DNA from: Deltaproteobacteria bacterium
Lineage (GTDB): Bacteria > Myxococcota_A > Polyangia > JAAYKL01
Assembly: GCA_028713995.1 (NCBI GenBank)
Contig: JAQTNF010000008.1
Coordinates: 450 to 64,449 of the forward strand
Direction of reading: 5' to 3'
Length of the DNA: 64,000 bases
This document shows, piece after piece, positions 29,298 through 39,173 of this stretch. Position 1 is the stretch's first letter, and the number at the start of each line of letters is the position of its first letter. The position numbers were made by a program, and so were the translations under genes. The notes beneath the pieces were generated by a model, which saw nothing but the letters and a program-made list of their open reading frames with translations, searched no databases and was not told where the DNA came from.

Positions 29298-29663
29298 ATG
29301 GCGAGCAGGAAAATCGCGCCCAGGTTCGTGGAAGCCGGGCCCAAGGGGCGTCTGGTCATCCTCAAGATGGAGGACTTCGAGCTCCTGACGGATGCGCTCG
29401 ACGCTCGCGCCGCGCGCAGCATCCTCGCCGATGAATCCGATCCGATCCTCGATTGGGACGACGTCGGAGGAGACGTGGTGTCGAACCGCATCGCGTCGGA
29501 ACGCAATCGCCTCGGGCTGACCCAGAAGGAACTCGCCTCGAGGCTTGGCGTGGAGCCGTCGACCATGAGCCGGTGGGAGCGCGAAGATGCGAACCTCACG
29601 CTTGCCACGCTGCGGCGCATCGCGCGCGTCCTCGCGTGCCCGGTGAGGAACCTCGTTGGCTAA
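29298..29663 (+). CDS. Antitoxin with C-terminal XRE helix-turn-helix
   Basis: RNRLGLTQKELASRLGVEPSTMSRWE; downstream of the toxin with GGAGG RBS. Confidence 0.82.
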   Translation: MASRKIAPRFVEAGPKGRLVILKMEDFELLTDALDARAARSILADESDPILDWDDVGGDVVSNRIASERNRLGLTQKELASRLGVEPSTMSRWEREDANLTLATLRRIARVLACPVRNLVG

Positions 29664-29685
29664 TCTTCTTGGCTGGCCTGGTTCG

Positions 29686-30180
29686 CTAACATTCGAAAAT
29701 AACTGGCCTTTCTAGCACAAAGGCATCGACCAGGGCGCGGGCGCGCGGACCGCAGCGCAGCACGGCGACATACACCCGGTCGCGTGGGATGCCGAGCCCG
29801 GACAGGACCTCCAGAGCGATGCGCAGGGTGCGGCCCGAGCTGGCCGAGTCATCGATGAGCGCCACGCGGACGTCCGGCGCCAGATCCGGCGCGCGGCCTT
29901 CGAAAGACGGGCGCGTCAGGCGGTAGGCGGTTTCCTTGACAGGCCACATGAGCGCGCGCGCCAGGGAGCCGCGGCGGGAAAGGATCCGGCTCATGGGGTA
30001 GCGTAGGTCGAGCGATAGCGCCGGTACGCGGAGGGCAGACGCCAATGCCTCGCCTGCCGCCGCGCCTCCTCGACCCAAGGACACGACCACGGTCGGGGCG
30101 AAAGCGGCAACCTTGGGCGCGAGGCTTCGGGCCAGGGCCCGCGTCGTGCCCTCGTCAACGATTGGTCTCGGGAAGGCCAT
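29686..30180 (-). CDS. Type I phosphoribosyltransferase
   Basis: VVVSLGRGG and PRPP-binding loop VALIDDSASSGRTL. Confidence 0.75.
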   Translation of the reverse strand: MAFPRPIVDEGTTRALARSLAPKVAAFAPTVVVSLGRGGAAAGEALASALRVPALSLDLRYPMSRILSRRGSLARALMWPVKETAYRLTRPSFEGRAPDLAPDVRVALIDDSASSGRTLRIALEVLSGLGIPRDRVYVAVLRCGPRARALVDAFVLERPVIFEC

Positions 30181-30278
30181 GGCCCATCCATACAGAAATA
30201 TTCGTGAAAGCGACAGCGTTGAGCGGGCTCGCGGCGCGCGTTGATATTCGTGGCGAGCCATGGGAGAATCCGCGGGTC

Positions 30279-32624
30279 ATGGGCTTGAAGCGCTGGTTCC
30301 TCACCGTCGTCATCCTGCTCCTGGTCGCCGGGTTGCTTGCGGGCCTGTTCTTCCAGAGCGGGGCGGATCAACGGATCGTGGAGTCGGTCCTGCCCGCTCT
30401 CGAGGGCCGTTTCGGCGTCAAAGTTGCGTATCGCGATGTGGATGTGTCCCTGACCACGGTCCGCTTCGAAGCGGTCGAGATCCGGCCCACGACCGGGACC
30501 CGTCCGTTCGCCCGCATCGAGGCTGTCGGCATCGGCGTGAGGGTCGGGCCGCTGCTCGTGGGCGACCTGGACCTGAGCGGCATCCGCCTGGACGGGGTCC
30601 ACCTGATCTTCGGGGAGGCGAGCGGCGGGGCCGAGCTCCGGGATTGGGCCAAGCTCCTCGCCCGGGTCGTGGGTGCAAGCCGCAAGGACAAGGGCGGCTC
30701 AGAGGCAAAGATCCGGGTGCCGGAAATCCAGATCGTGTCGGGCCGCATCGACGCGGACGACGGGAGGCTCCAGGTTGCGGTGCGGGGCCTCGCGGGTCGC
30801 ATGGCCGGAAGCGGACGCGCCGTGCTGACGGCCCAGGAATACGACGTGCGGACCAAGGATACGCGCCTGCTCCATGGTGAAGGAGCGCAGATCGACTGGG
30901 TGCCCGAGAGCCGGTGGGTCTTCATGAAGCTCGACAAGCCCGGCTTCGCGATTCCCTATGACAGCGGCCAACTGACCGAAATCGTTGATATTATCAAGAA
31001 GGATGCGTCGCTGCTCGCGAGCGCCGCGCCCAAGCCCGCCATCGGGGTCGATGCAGGGTCCGGTCCATCCGCCGGGAGCGCCCCAGGCGGTCCGGCCATC
31101 AAGATCGCCATTGCCGAGGCCGCCGGGACCATCGTGGATCCGGACAAAAAGGACCGGTCCGTTTCCTTGGACAAGGTGTCGGCCGAGGTCGTGCGGACGC
31201 TCACGGGCGCGCTCACGGTGCGCGCCAAGGGCGGGCTGCCTGGCACGGACGCGGCCTGGACCGCCGGGCTCACCGTCCCGATAGCAGGTCGGCCCGTTCT
31301 GCGGCTCGAGGTGCCGGACATGCCGCTCGCGCCGGTGGGGAGCCTCGTCCTTCCCGAGGGCTCCTTCATCTGGGACAAGGCCTCGGCCGACGGCGTGGTC
31401 AACGTGGAGCTGGCCGAAAACAGGCGGGAGGTCGTGGTCTCGGGGCAGGTGTCGGTCGTGGGCCTCGCCTTGCGCAACGAGCGCGTTGCCGGCGAGCCGC
31501 TCGCGGGCCTGGGCGGGCAGGCCGACTTCAAGGTGGCCTACGACAGGCAGGAGGCGGTCTGGCACCTGGAGCGCTTCCTCGTCAACGTGGGCCGGCTGCG
31601 CATGACCTTCCGGGGCGACGTGCGCACCGACAGGCTCGCGTTCGACCTGTCCGCGAACATGCCGCCGACCGCGTGCCGCCAGGTCTTCACGTCCGTGCCG
31701 CCGGAGCTCAGGCGAAGGCTCGGAGCCGCGGACTTCGAGGGCACGCTCTCGCTCGACGCGCACCTGGCGGTGGATCGCGAGAAGCCGGACGCCACGGTGC
31801 TCGACGTGCAGCTCGACAACCGCTGTGAGCTCGCGCAGCTGGGCGACATCCCGGCGCCGGACTCGCTGCGCGCACCATTCGCCTACAACGCGTACTCGGC
31901 GGGCGGCGAGGAGCTTCGGCTCGTGACCGGTCCGGGCACGGATCGCTGGACGCCGCTTTCGGCCGTGTCGCCGTTCGTGATCGAGGCGCTGCTCACGCTC
32001 GAGGACGGGAAGTTCTGGCGCCACGCGGGCGTGACGCTGCCCGAAGTCCGCAAGGCCATCGCCCTGGACCTCAAGAAGGGAGAGCTGGCCCACGGCGCGA
32101 GCACGCTCACCATGCAGCTCGCCAAGAACCTGTTCCTGACCCGCGAGCGCTCTCTCGCGCGCAAGCTGCAGGAGCTCGTGCTGGTGTGGTACCTGGAGAC
32201 CCACTTCTCCAAGGAGGAGATCCTCGAGCTGTACCTCAACGTGGTCGAGTTCGGGCCATCGCTGTACGGCATCCGCGACGCGGCCATGCACTACTTCGGC
32301 CGCGAGCCGGCCGAGCTCGATGCGATCGAGTCCGTGTTCCTCGTCAAGCTCCTGCCGAGCCCGGTGGAGCGTCACCTGGCCTACGTGCGCGGCGAGGTGT
32401 CCGAGCGCCAGATGGCGGCCCTGCACAAGGTGCTCGACACAATGGCCGCACGAAAGCGCCTCACGCCCGAGGAGCTCGCCGAGGCCAGGAAGGAGACCAT
32501 CGTCTTCCACCGCGAGGGCGAGCCCCTGCCCGAGGCGCGGCCGCCCGTGACGCGTCCCTTGAGCGACGCGCCCGCTGCGCCGGATGAGGACGTGGTCGAG
32601 GAGGATCCCTCGGTCTGGCAGTGA
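30279..32624 (+). CDS. Monofunctional peptidoglycan transglycosylase (GT51) with long AsmA-like N-terminal region
   Basis: TM anchor; C-terminal LLTLEDGKF, GASTLTMQLAKNLFL, RKLQE, ILELYLN; no SxxK transpeptidase domain after GT51. Confidence 0.8.
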   Translation: MGLKRWFLTVVILLLVAGLLAGLFFQSGADQRIVESVLPALEGRFGVKVAYRDVDVSLTTVRFEAVEIRPTTGTRPFARIEAVGIGVRVGPLLVGDLDLSGIRLDGVHLIFGEASGGAELRDWAKLLARVVGASRKDKGGSEAKIRVPEIQIVSGRIDADDGRLQVAVRGLAGRMAGSGRAVLTAQEYDVRTKDTRLLHGEGAQIDWVPESRWVFMKLDKPGFAIPYDSGQLTEIVDIIKKDASLLASAAPKPAIGVDAGSGPSAGSAPGGPAIKIAIAEAAGTIVDPDKKDRSVSLDKVSAEVVRTLTGALTVRAKGGLPGTDAAWTAGLTVPIAGRPVLRLEVPDMPLAPVGSLVLPEGSFIWDKASADGVVNVELAENRREVVVSGQVSVVGLALRNERVAGEPLAGLGGQADFKVAYDRQEAVWHLERFLVNVGRLRMTFRGDVRTDRLAFDLSANMPPTACRQVFTSVPPELRRRLGAADFEGTLSLDAHLAVDREKPDATVLDVQLDNRCELAQLGDIPAPDSLRAPFAYNAYSAGGEELRLVTGPGTDRWTPLSAVSPFVIEALLTLEDGKFWRHAGVTLPEVRKAIALDLKKGELAHGASTLTMQLAKNLFLTRERSLARKLQELVLVWYLETHFSKEEILELYLNVVEFGPSLYGIRDAAMHYFGREPAELDAIESVFLVKLLPSPVERHLAYVRGEVSERQMAALHKVLDTMAARKRLTPEELAEARKETIVFHREGEPLPEARPPVTRPLSDAPAAPDEDVVEEDPSVWQ

Positions 32625-32649
32625 GGCTCCCGCGCGACGCGGGTCGCGC

Positions 32650-34881
32650 TCATGGCCCCGGGTGGTCGGCTTCGTCCGCGATGACCGGGTCGACGGGACG
32701 CAGCTCCCCGGCCAGGAACGCCTCGTAGTCCGCCTTGATCCTGGCGAAGCGTTCGGGCTCGGTCCCTTCGAGCGACCGCCCGCGCTCCACGCCCGGGCCC
32801 AGCTTGTAGAACCGGTACGTGCCGGAGTCGATCAGGTGGTGGAGCTTGTCGCCGTCCTCGATGAACACGCGGCGCGCTTCGTAGTACGGGTTCCTGGGCT
32901 GGTCCGCGATCACGGCCCGTCCGGCGAGCTCCTGCCCAGCCACCCAGTCCGGGACCAGGCTGCGGCCGTGCGTGCCCGCGGGGACGGCGGCCCCGAACAG
33001 GTCGAGGATGGTGGGGAACAGGTCGATGAGGCTCGTTGCCCTCGCGATGCGCTTGGTCGCCACGCCCGGGCCGGCCACCACCAGCGGGACGCGGATGATC
33101 TCCTCCCACAGCTCGGCCCCGTGGGTCCATTCGCCGTGCTCCGAAAAGGCCTCGCCGTGGTCCGCGGTCACGACGACGAGCGTGCGGTCCGCGGCCGGGG
33201 AGGCGGCGAGCGCGGCGAGCAACCGGCCGACGTAGCGATCCGTGTAGGCCACCTCGCCGTCGTACATGGCGCGCCGGTCGTCGCCGAAGCGCGGGAAGCC
33301 CGGGTGCTCGACGTACTCCTTGTGCGGATCCATGAAGTGCGTCCACAGCCAGAACCGGCCGCGCGTGTTCCCATCCTTCTTGAGCCACCGGACGGCGTCC
33401 GCGGCGACGTTGTGCGAGCTGACCTTGAGATCCGGGCGGCCCGGGCCCGGCGGATCCGCGCCCGCGTCGCGCCACACCTGGAAGCCTTGCCCCCAGCCGA
33501 AATACGGCGAGAACAGGGGGTGGGAGTTGAACGCCGCGCACAGGAGGCTCGCGCCGCACACGAGCTCGGCCGCGAAGACGTTCTCCTGCGTGTAGGTGGT
33601 CTCGTGGGCCGCGGTGCGCAGGAGCTCCGAGGCGTACTTTCCGGTCAGCATGGGAGGAACGGCCTGGGCCGTGTACGAACCGAGGGCATAGGCGCGCTCG
33701 TAGACGGTTCCGCGCGCGGCGAGCGCGTCGAGGGCCGGCGTGGTGTTGCGCGAACGGCCCATGAAGCCGGGCTCGTCCCAGCGGAGGCTGTCTATTGTAA
33801 TGAGGAGCAGCGAAAGATCCGCCGGGAACGCCGGCCGCGCAAAAGGAGCCGCTCCTTGCGATGCGGGCACGGGAAAGGCCTTGCGCGGTGGGGTTCTCGC
33901 GTCGGCGCCGGAGCAGTCCTCGTCGACTCCGTTCCCGGGCGCGTCCCAGGCGCCCGGGTGGATGCCCGGGTCGCGGTCGAGGCAGTCGCGGCCGCCGAGC
34001 CATCGCGAGTAGCCGTCACCGTCCCGATCCCCGAGCGCGCGCGCCGCGGCGAGGAGCCGGGCCGAGAGCCCCCCGGCGGCCTCGAGCACGCGCAGCGCGG
34101 CCGGGTTGCGTCGAGCCACCGCGTCCGCGCCGGGCGGCCCGCACAGCGCGATCGGCAGGAGCGCGAAGGCCATGGTCGCGACAGCGCGCCTCCCGTTTCT
34201 CACGAAAGGGACGGACGCGAGCGCGGCGAGCGCCACGAGCGCGGCGAGCGACGCGACCGGAAGCGCGTGCAACCCGTCACTGCGCAGGAGCCCGACGAAC
34301 CCGAACGGGCCGCGCGCGTCCGGGCCCTCGAAAAACGGCGGCGCGGATGCCGCGGCAAAGGCGAGGGCGACCAGGGCGAGGGCCAGGGCCGGACGCCTGA
34401 GCAAGGCGAGCGGCCGCCAGGCCACGATGGTCGCCGAGAGATCCGCGACACGCGCGCCGACCAGCGCCGACGCGGTCGTCAGCCCTGCGAGGACGAGGGC
34501 CAGGGTCACGGACGCGAGACCGTGATGGTGATACGAGGTGAGGAAATGCCTGGCCACGCGATACACGAGAGGGAGCGCAAGGAGCGCGACCAGGCCCACA
34601 CCGAGGATGAGCCCCGAAGCGCGCACGTCGTTGCGCGTCCGGAGCGTCGCAAGCACGCTTTCAGGTCTCAGCCGGGCCGGGAGAGCGGCCCAGGTTGCTG
34701 CAAGCAGGAGGCCTACGGCGATCCCGAGCGGCAGGAGGAGCCCCGCGGCCACGAGTGCTGCGCATGCTGCGTTTGTGAGACCTGCGGCGCCGCGCCACGC
34801 GCCCAGTGCCGCCTCTGCCAGGGCCACGAGCAGTGCGGCCGCGGCTCCAGCCACAATGGAACCTGCTGCGCGTCCCACCAT
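32650..34881 (-). CDS. Multi-TM sulfatase-like hydrolase/transferase with MopE-like putative metal-binding repeat
   Basis: DRDGDGY..DCLD.DP.IHPGA.D.PGNGVDEDC; ITIDSLRWD, SYTAQAVPPMLTG, HFMDPH, TADHGE. Confidence 0.8.
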   Translation of the reverse strand: MVGRAAGSIVAGAAAALLVALAEAALGAWRGAAGLTNAACAALVAAGLLLPLGIAVGLLLAATWAALPARLRPESVLATLRTRNDVRASGLILGVGLVALLALPLVYRVARHFLTSYHHHGLASVTLALVLAGLTTASALVGARVADLSATIVAWRPLALLRRPALALALVALAFAAASAPPFFEGPDARGPFGFVGLLRSDGLHALPVASLAALVALAALASVPFVRNGRRAVATMAFALLPIALCGPPGADAVARRNPAALRVLEAAGGLSARLLAAARALGDRDGDGYSRWLGGRDCLDRDPGIHPGAWDAPGNGVDEDCSGADARTPPRKAFPVPASQGAAPFARPAFPADLSLLLITIDSLRWDEPGFMGRSRNTTPALDALAARGTVYERAYALGSYTAQAVPPMLTGKYASELLRTAAHETTYTQENVFAAELVCGASLLCAAFNSHPLFSPYFGWGQGFQVWRDAGADPPGPGRPDLKVSSHNVAADAVRWLKKDGNTRGRFWLWTHFMDPHKEYVEHPGFPRFGDDRRAMYDGEVAYTDRYVGRLLAALAASPAADRTLVVVTADHGEAFSEHGEWTHGAELWEEIIRVPLVVAGPGVATKRIARATSLIDLFPTILDLFGAAVPAGTHGRSLVPDWVAGQELAGRAVIADQPRNPYYEARRVFIEDGDKLHHLIDSGTYRFYKLGPGVERGRSLEGTEPERFARIKADYEAFLAGELRPVDPVIADEADHPGP

Positions 34882-35025
34882 GCGCCGGTTTTATCACGGG
34901 GGGCACAATTTCCAAGTTCCAGGCTTGTGGAAATGGACTTTTCAAATGTGCGCGGAATAAGTTGACCCGTTTTTGACACTGGTGTAATTCCGCCGCAGAG
35001 CAGCGGTGTGAACCGTTGCTGGATC

Positions 35026-35099
35026 CGGGGCGTAGCGCAGCCTGGTAGCGCACCTGGTTCGGGACCAGGGAGTCGGAGGTTCAAATCCTCTCGCCCCGA
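35026..35099 (+). tRNA. tRNA-Pro (CGG)
   Basis: CGGGGCG/CGCCCCG acceptor stem, D arm AGCGCAGCCTGGTAGCGC, anticodon arm CCTGG-TTCGGGA-CCAGG, T arm GGAGGTTCAAATCCTC; CCA not fully encoded. Confidence 0.96.
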
Positions 35100-35151
35100 C
35101 CGCATGCAGGGGACGTCAATTTCGCCGAAAGCTGAGGGAAAGGAGTCGGAT

Positions 35152-35760
35152 ATGACCAACCTGACGTCGCAGATCGGAATCCTCATCGTCGATGACGACA
35201 GGGAAATCTGCGAGTACATGGAGACGTTTCTCACCCGTGACGGGTACATGGTCAAAGCCGTCAACGTTCCGGAAGACGCCCTCGAAGAGGTCCAGACCGG
35301 GCAGTACCACCTCGTCATCCTCGACCTCATGATGCCCAAGATGGACGGCATCGAGCTCCTCGGCCAAATTCGCAAGATCGATTCCGACCTGGCCGTGATC
35401 ATCTTCACCGGCTACCCGTCGCTCGAGACGGCGGTGGCCTCCATGAAGCTCGACGTGGTCGATTACGTGAAGAAGCCCTTCAACCCGGAGGAGTTCCGCG
35501 AGGTGCTCGACCGCGTGCTCAAGCGCAAGGGACTGGCGCGCAACCCCGAGGAGCAGCTCCACAAGGTCATCGGTGCCACCATCCGGGCCCTGCGCAAGGA
35601 GCGCATGCTCACCTTGAAGCAGATGGCGCGCCGCACGTCGCTGTCCGTCTCGCTGCTCTCACAGATCGAGCGCGCCGAGAGCTCGGCATCGATCTCCTCC
35701 CTCTACAAGATCGCCCTGGCGCTCGACACGCGGATCACGCGGCTCTTCGGCGACTTCTGA
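35152..35760 (+). CDS. Response regulator with C-terminal XRE HTH (DigR-like architecture)
   Basis: ILIVDDD, DLMMP, FTGYP, KKPF; then [34 protein letters not shown]. Confidence 0.85.
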   Translation: MTNLTSQIGILIVDDDREICEYMETFLTRDGYMVKAVNVPEDALEEVQTGQYHLVILDLMMPKMDGIELLGQIRKIDSDLAVIIFTGYPSLETAVASMKLDVVDYVKKPFNPEEFREVLDRVLKRKGLARNPEEQLHKVIGATIRALRKERMLTLKQMARRTSLSVSLLSQIERAESSASISSLYKIALALDTRITRLFGDF

Positions 35761-35791
35761 CCAAAGGCCCGCGGGGAGGAGCGCGCAGGGC

Positions 35792-36598
35792 ATGGCAAAG
35801 AAGGCCAAGACCACGAAGGTCGCCGGGGGGCGCCCGGGACCGCCGAAGAGGGAGTCCGTGGAGGCGGTCGAGCTCCTGTCCAAGTTCGCGGCCACCATGG
35901 CCCACGAGATCCGCAATCCGCTCGCGACCATCTTCTCGGCCCTGTCGCAGGTCCGCAAGCACGGCCAGGTCGTGGGCGACTCGGCCACGCTGCTCAACAT
36001 CGCCGAGGAGGAGGCGCTGCGCCTGAACCGCATGGTGGCGGGCCTGCTCGAGTTCGCGAGGCCGCGTCCGCCCAAGCTGCGCGGTGGGAGGCCGCTCGAG
36101 GCCGTGAGCGACGCGGTGAACGCCTTCCGGCGCCAGGAGTGCCTGCCGGAGGATCTCGATCTCGCGGTCGAAGGGGGCGGCGAGCAGCTCCTCGCGTGGC
36201 TCGACGCGGATCACATCCAGCGCGCGCTCCAGCACCTGCTCGACAACGCGGTGCATGCGCCGGGGCCGGGTCCGAGGCGCGTGCGCGCACGGGTCCTCGC
36301 GCACGAAGGTCCGCCGCAGAAGGTGATCGTGGAGGTCGAGGACGACGGTGCCGGCATCCCGCGGGATTTCATGGACAGGGTTTTTGATCCGTTCTTCTCC
36401 TCGAAGCCGTCCGGGATCGGCCTCGGCCTGCCGGTGGTGCGGCGCATCGCCGAGGATCACGGCGGTCGGGTGGAGATCGACTCGGTCCCGGGCAAGGGTA
36501 CGAGGGTTCGCATCTTTTTGGAGCCGGCGCCGGGAAGAGAAGGGCAGGAGCCCGTGTTGAAGAAGAAAGAGAAAGAGGCAAAGGAGCCGAGATCATGA
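35792..36598 (+). CDS. Histidine kinase lacking a sensor domain (HisKA + HATPase only)
   Basis: MAHEIRNPL, ALQHLLDNA, EVEDDGAGIP, FDPFFSSK, GIGLGL; only about 30 aa precede the H box. Confidence 0.8.
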   Translation: MAKKAKTTKVAGGRPGPPKRESVEAVELLSKFAATMAHEIRNPLATIFSALSQVRKHGQVVGDSATLLNIAEEEALRLNRMVAGLLEFARPRPPKLRGGRPLEAVSDAVNAFRRQECLPEDLDLAVEGGGEQLLAWLDADHIQRALQHLLDNAVHAPGPGPRRVRARVLAHEGPPQKVIVEVEDDGAGIPRDFMDRVFDPFFSSKPSGIGLGLPVVRRIAEDHGGRVEIDSVPGKGTRVRIFLEPAPGREGQEPVLKKKEKEAKEPRS

Positions 36599-37092
36599 GG
36601 CACAAGAACAAGCTCAAGGCGGCGCGGGCCGCGCTGCTCGCGGGCGTGCTGGCGGGCGCGTGGGGCCTTGCGTGCCATAAGCCGGCCGAGGAGTGCCCGG
36701 ACCCGGCCAAGGGCGCGGCGGGCAAGAAGGCGAGGATCGAGCGCCGCAACCTGGGCAGGGTTGGTGATGACGATCCCAACGCGGACTGGTGCCGGGCGTG
36801 CGTCATGGGCCCGAAAGGCTTCGCGTCGTGCCAACGCGCGCTGGCGGAGAGCCCGGCGGAGACCAAGGACGTGCTGCGCGCCAAGGCCAGGGACCGCGCG
36901 TGCAAGGACTCCGGGTTCACGGGCGAGTGTCCGGACAAGGCCGTGATCGGGATGTTCTGCAAGGGCGACCAACCACCCAAGGACGGGCTCACCCCGGGCA
37001 AGGCGCTCCAGCAGATCTACTTCGGTCCCAAGGGCTCCCTCGCGCAGCCCGGAGACGGCGCCAAGCAGGCCGGCGCCCCGAAACCGGAATAG
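36595..37092 (+). CDS. Cys-rich hypothetical lipoprotein
   Basis: GLA-C lipobox, several further Cys (CRAC etc.); ATGA overlap with the kinase. Confidence 0.65.
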   Translation: MRHKNKLKAARAALLAGVLAGAWGLACHKPAEECPDPAKGAAGKKARIERRNLGRVGDDDPNADWCRACVMGPKGFASCQRALAESPAETKDVLRAKARDRACKDSGFTGECPDKAVIGMFCKGDQPPKDGLTPGKALQQIYFGPKGSLAQPGDGAKQAGAPKPE

Positions 37093-37104
37093 CCGGTTTT
37101 CCCC

Positions 37105-37998
37105 CTACAAGGTGGTCAGCGAAGCCGCTTCGGCTCCCGCAAAGAGCGAGACGCGCGCGCCGTGAAGCCACGGCAGGTTCCTCTCGCCATGGGCCGCGGG
37201 GTACGCCCCTGCGACGGGAACCCCGAGGGGCTCGAGGTTGCGCATGACCGCCTGCATGGCCGTGACGCCGTCCGGGCCTGGGGGGCAGCCCTCGAAGCCG
37301 CCGAGCACGAACCCCGCTACGCCGTCGAGCGCGCCCGCGCGCAAAAGCTGCACGAGGCAGCGATCGAGCCGATAGGGCGCCTCGTTCACGTCCTCGAGGA
37401 ACACGATCGCGTCGCGTGCGAACGATCCGGGCAGGGACCCCACAAGGTGCGCGAGGACCGTCACGTTGCCGCCCACCATCGGTCCCACCACCTCGCCCTC
37501 GCACAACGGCTCGAGGTTCCGCACTGCGGCGGGCCTGTGCCCTTCGAGCAGGTCGAACAAGGCGCGCGCGTCGTCCGTGTGGGCCCTGCCGAGCGAGGCG
37601 GCCATGGGACCGTGGATGCTTTGGAGCCCGATCTCGGTCCACACGCGCACGAGGAGCGCGGTCACGTCCGAGCAGCCCACGATCCACTTGGGATTTGCGG
37701 CGAGAGCGCGCAGGTCGAGCCGATCGAGGATGCGCGTGGTCCCGTAGCCGCCGCGCGCCGCCACGACCGCGCGGGCCAGCGGATCGTCGAGTGCGGCCTG
37801 AAGATCTGCGAGGCGCAGCGCATCGTTCCCGGCGTGGTAGCCGTCCCGGGAGAGGAGAACATCGCCTGCCACGACCTCGTAATGCGCCGTGAGAGCTCGT
37901 TTCCCTTCCTCGAAGGCCGCGGGATCGATCGGGCCGGCCGGGGCGACGAGGCGGATCCTGCTGCCCCGCGTCGCCGGCGGCGGCACGACGGGATTCAT
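37105..37998 (-). CDS. ldcA: LD-carboxypeptidase (peptidase S66, LdcA/MccF family)
   Basis: VAPAGP, ARGGYGTTRIL, GCSDVTAL (Ser), LEDVNEAPY (Glu), AHG (His). Confidence 0.85.
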   Translation of the reverse strand: MNPVVPPPATRGSRIRLVAPAGPIDPAAFEEGKRALTAHYEVVAGDVLLSRDGYHAGNDALRLADLQAALDDPLARAVVAARGGYGTTRILDRLDLRALAANPKWIVGCSDVTALLVRVWTEIGLQSIHGPMAASLGRAHTDDARALFDLLEGHRPAAVRNLEPLCEGEVVGPMVGGNVTVLAHLVGSLPGSFARDAIVFLEDVNEAPYRLDRCLVQLLRAGALDGVAGFVLGGFEGCPPGPDGVTAMQAVMRNLEPLGVPVAGAYPAAHGERNLPWLHGARVSLFAGAEAASLTTL

Positions 37999-39143
37999 TT
38001 TGCGCTTGCCGCGGGCTTGGCGGCGGGCGGCGCCGTAGGATCGCCGCACGCATCGAGGAGGTTCACGATGAAGGTCTCGAGCAGCGCCGCGAGCTCCGGA
38101 TCCTCGCCGACCTTGGAGACGTGCTTCGCCATCAGGGCCTGCGCGCCAGGCGCCGATGCCAGCCGATCGAGCGCGGCGAACAGCTCGCGGTCCACCACCT
38201 TCAGCTCCACGATGGCGTTCACGCGCTTGCGGACCTCGTCCTCGCCCTTGTCGAACGCGGCCGCCTCGTAGGCCTTGATCATGGCCTTGTAGGCGTCCTT
38301 GTCGTCGATGATGTTCCTCACCATCACGGCCAGCTCGCGCTTGGTCGTCTCGTGCCCGAGGATCTCCACGGCGAGCCCCGAGATCGCGTCGTCCACCGAC
38401 TTGAGGCCCGCGATCCCGCGCAGCAGGGCTTCCACCTCGCCACTGACCTTGGGATCGCACTGCGTGATCCAGCCCTCGACGGCGGCCGCGGCCTCATCGG
38501 AGCTCCCGGCGGCGGCCACGCGGATCGCGATGCCCAGGATCTTCTTTGCCGCGCGCGGCGAAAGATTCTGCTCCACGGACACCGCCGCCACCTTGGCCTG
38601 CAGCTTGAGGAGCGGCACGAAGCGCTGGATGAGATCGGTCATGCGCTTGTCCTTCAAAACCTTGTCGCGCAGGTACTTGGCGAGCACGTCGGAAGCGATC
38701 TCCTGGGTCCTGTCGCCGACCTGCTTCTTGTACTCGTCGATGCCGCCCGCCTGCAGCGCGAGCCAGCCGAGCTTGAGCTTGGCGCCCAGGCCCTCGGTGG
38801 CCTTCCCGGCCACCTTGTCGAGCCGCGCGGCCACGTCCTTGTCCTTGAACACGGCCTTGCCCAGCTTGCGCGCGCCGTCGGTGATCTTTTCGCTTCCGGC
38901 CAGGTTCCCGCCGACCTGCGCGCCCAGCTCCGAGCCGAGCGTCTTGACCTTGGCGGAGAGCTCGTCGCCCAGCCACGCCTTGATCCGGTCCTCGGCCGTG
39001 ACGACGGTTTTCTTCTCGGCCTTCTTGCTTGCGTCGGCGCCCTCGGCCTGGCCGGTCTTGGGCGGCTCGTTCTTGGCGCCCGAGCACGCGACCGCGAGGG
39101 CCGCGATCGCGACGAGGAGCCTGCATCCGATCATGGGTTTCAT
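37995..39143 (-). CDS. Hypothetical helical, Lys/Ala-rich lipoprotein
   Basis: AVA-C lipobox; coding-like composition; overlaps the ldcA start. Confidence 0.65.
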   Translation of the reverse strand: MKPMIGCRLLVAIAALAVACSGAKNEPPKTGQAEGADASKKAEKKTVVTAEDRIKAWLGDELSAKVKTLGSELGAQVGGNLAGSEKITDGARKLGKAVFKDKDVAARLDKVAGKATEGLGAKLKLGWLALQAGGIDEYKKQVGDRTQEIASDVLAKYLRDKVLKDKRMTDLIQRFVPLLKLQAKVAAVSVEQNLSPRAAKKILGIAIRVAAAGSSDEAAAAVEGWITQCDPKVSGEVEALLRGIAGLKSVDDAISGLAVEILGHETTKRELAVMVRNIIDDKDAYKAMIKAYEAAAFDKGEDEVRKRVNAIVELKVVDRELFAALDRLASAPGAQALMAKHVSKVGEDPELAALLETFIVNLLDACGDPTAPPAAKPAASAK

Positions 39144-39173
39144 CCCTTGTTTCCTCCCTTATCCCAAGCTCTA

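Noticed and set aside
35026-35151. tRNA-Pro as an integration site or island boundary
   Set aside because: No integrase and no duplicated tRNA 3' end seen in the window; downstream genes look native
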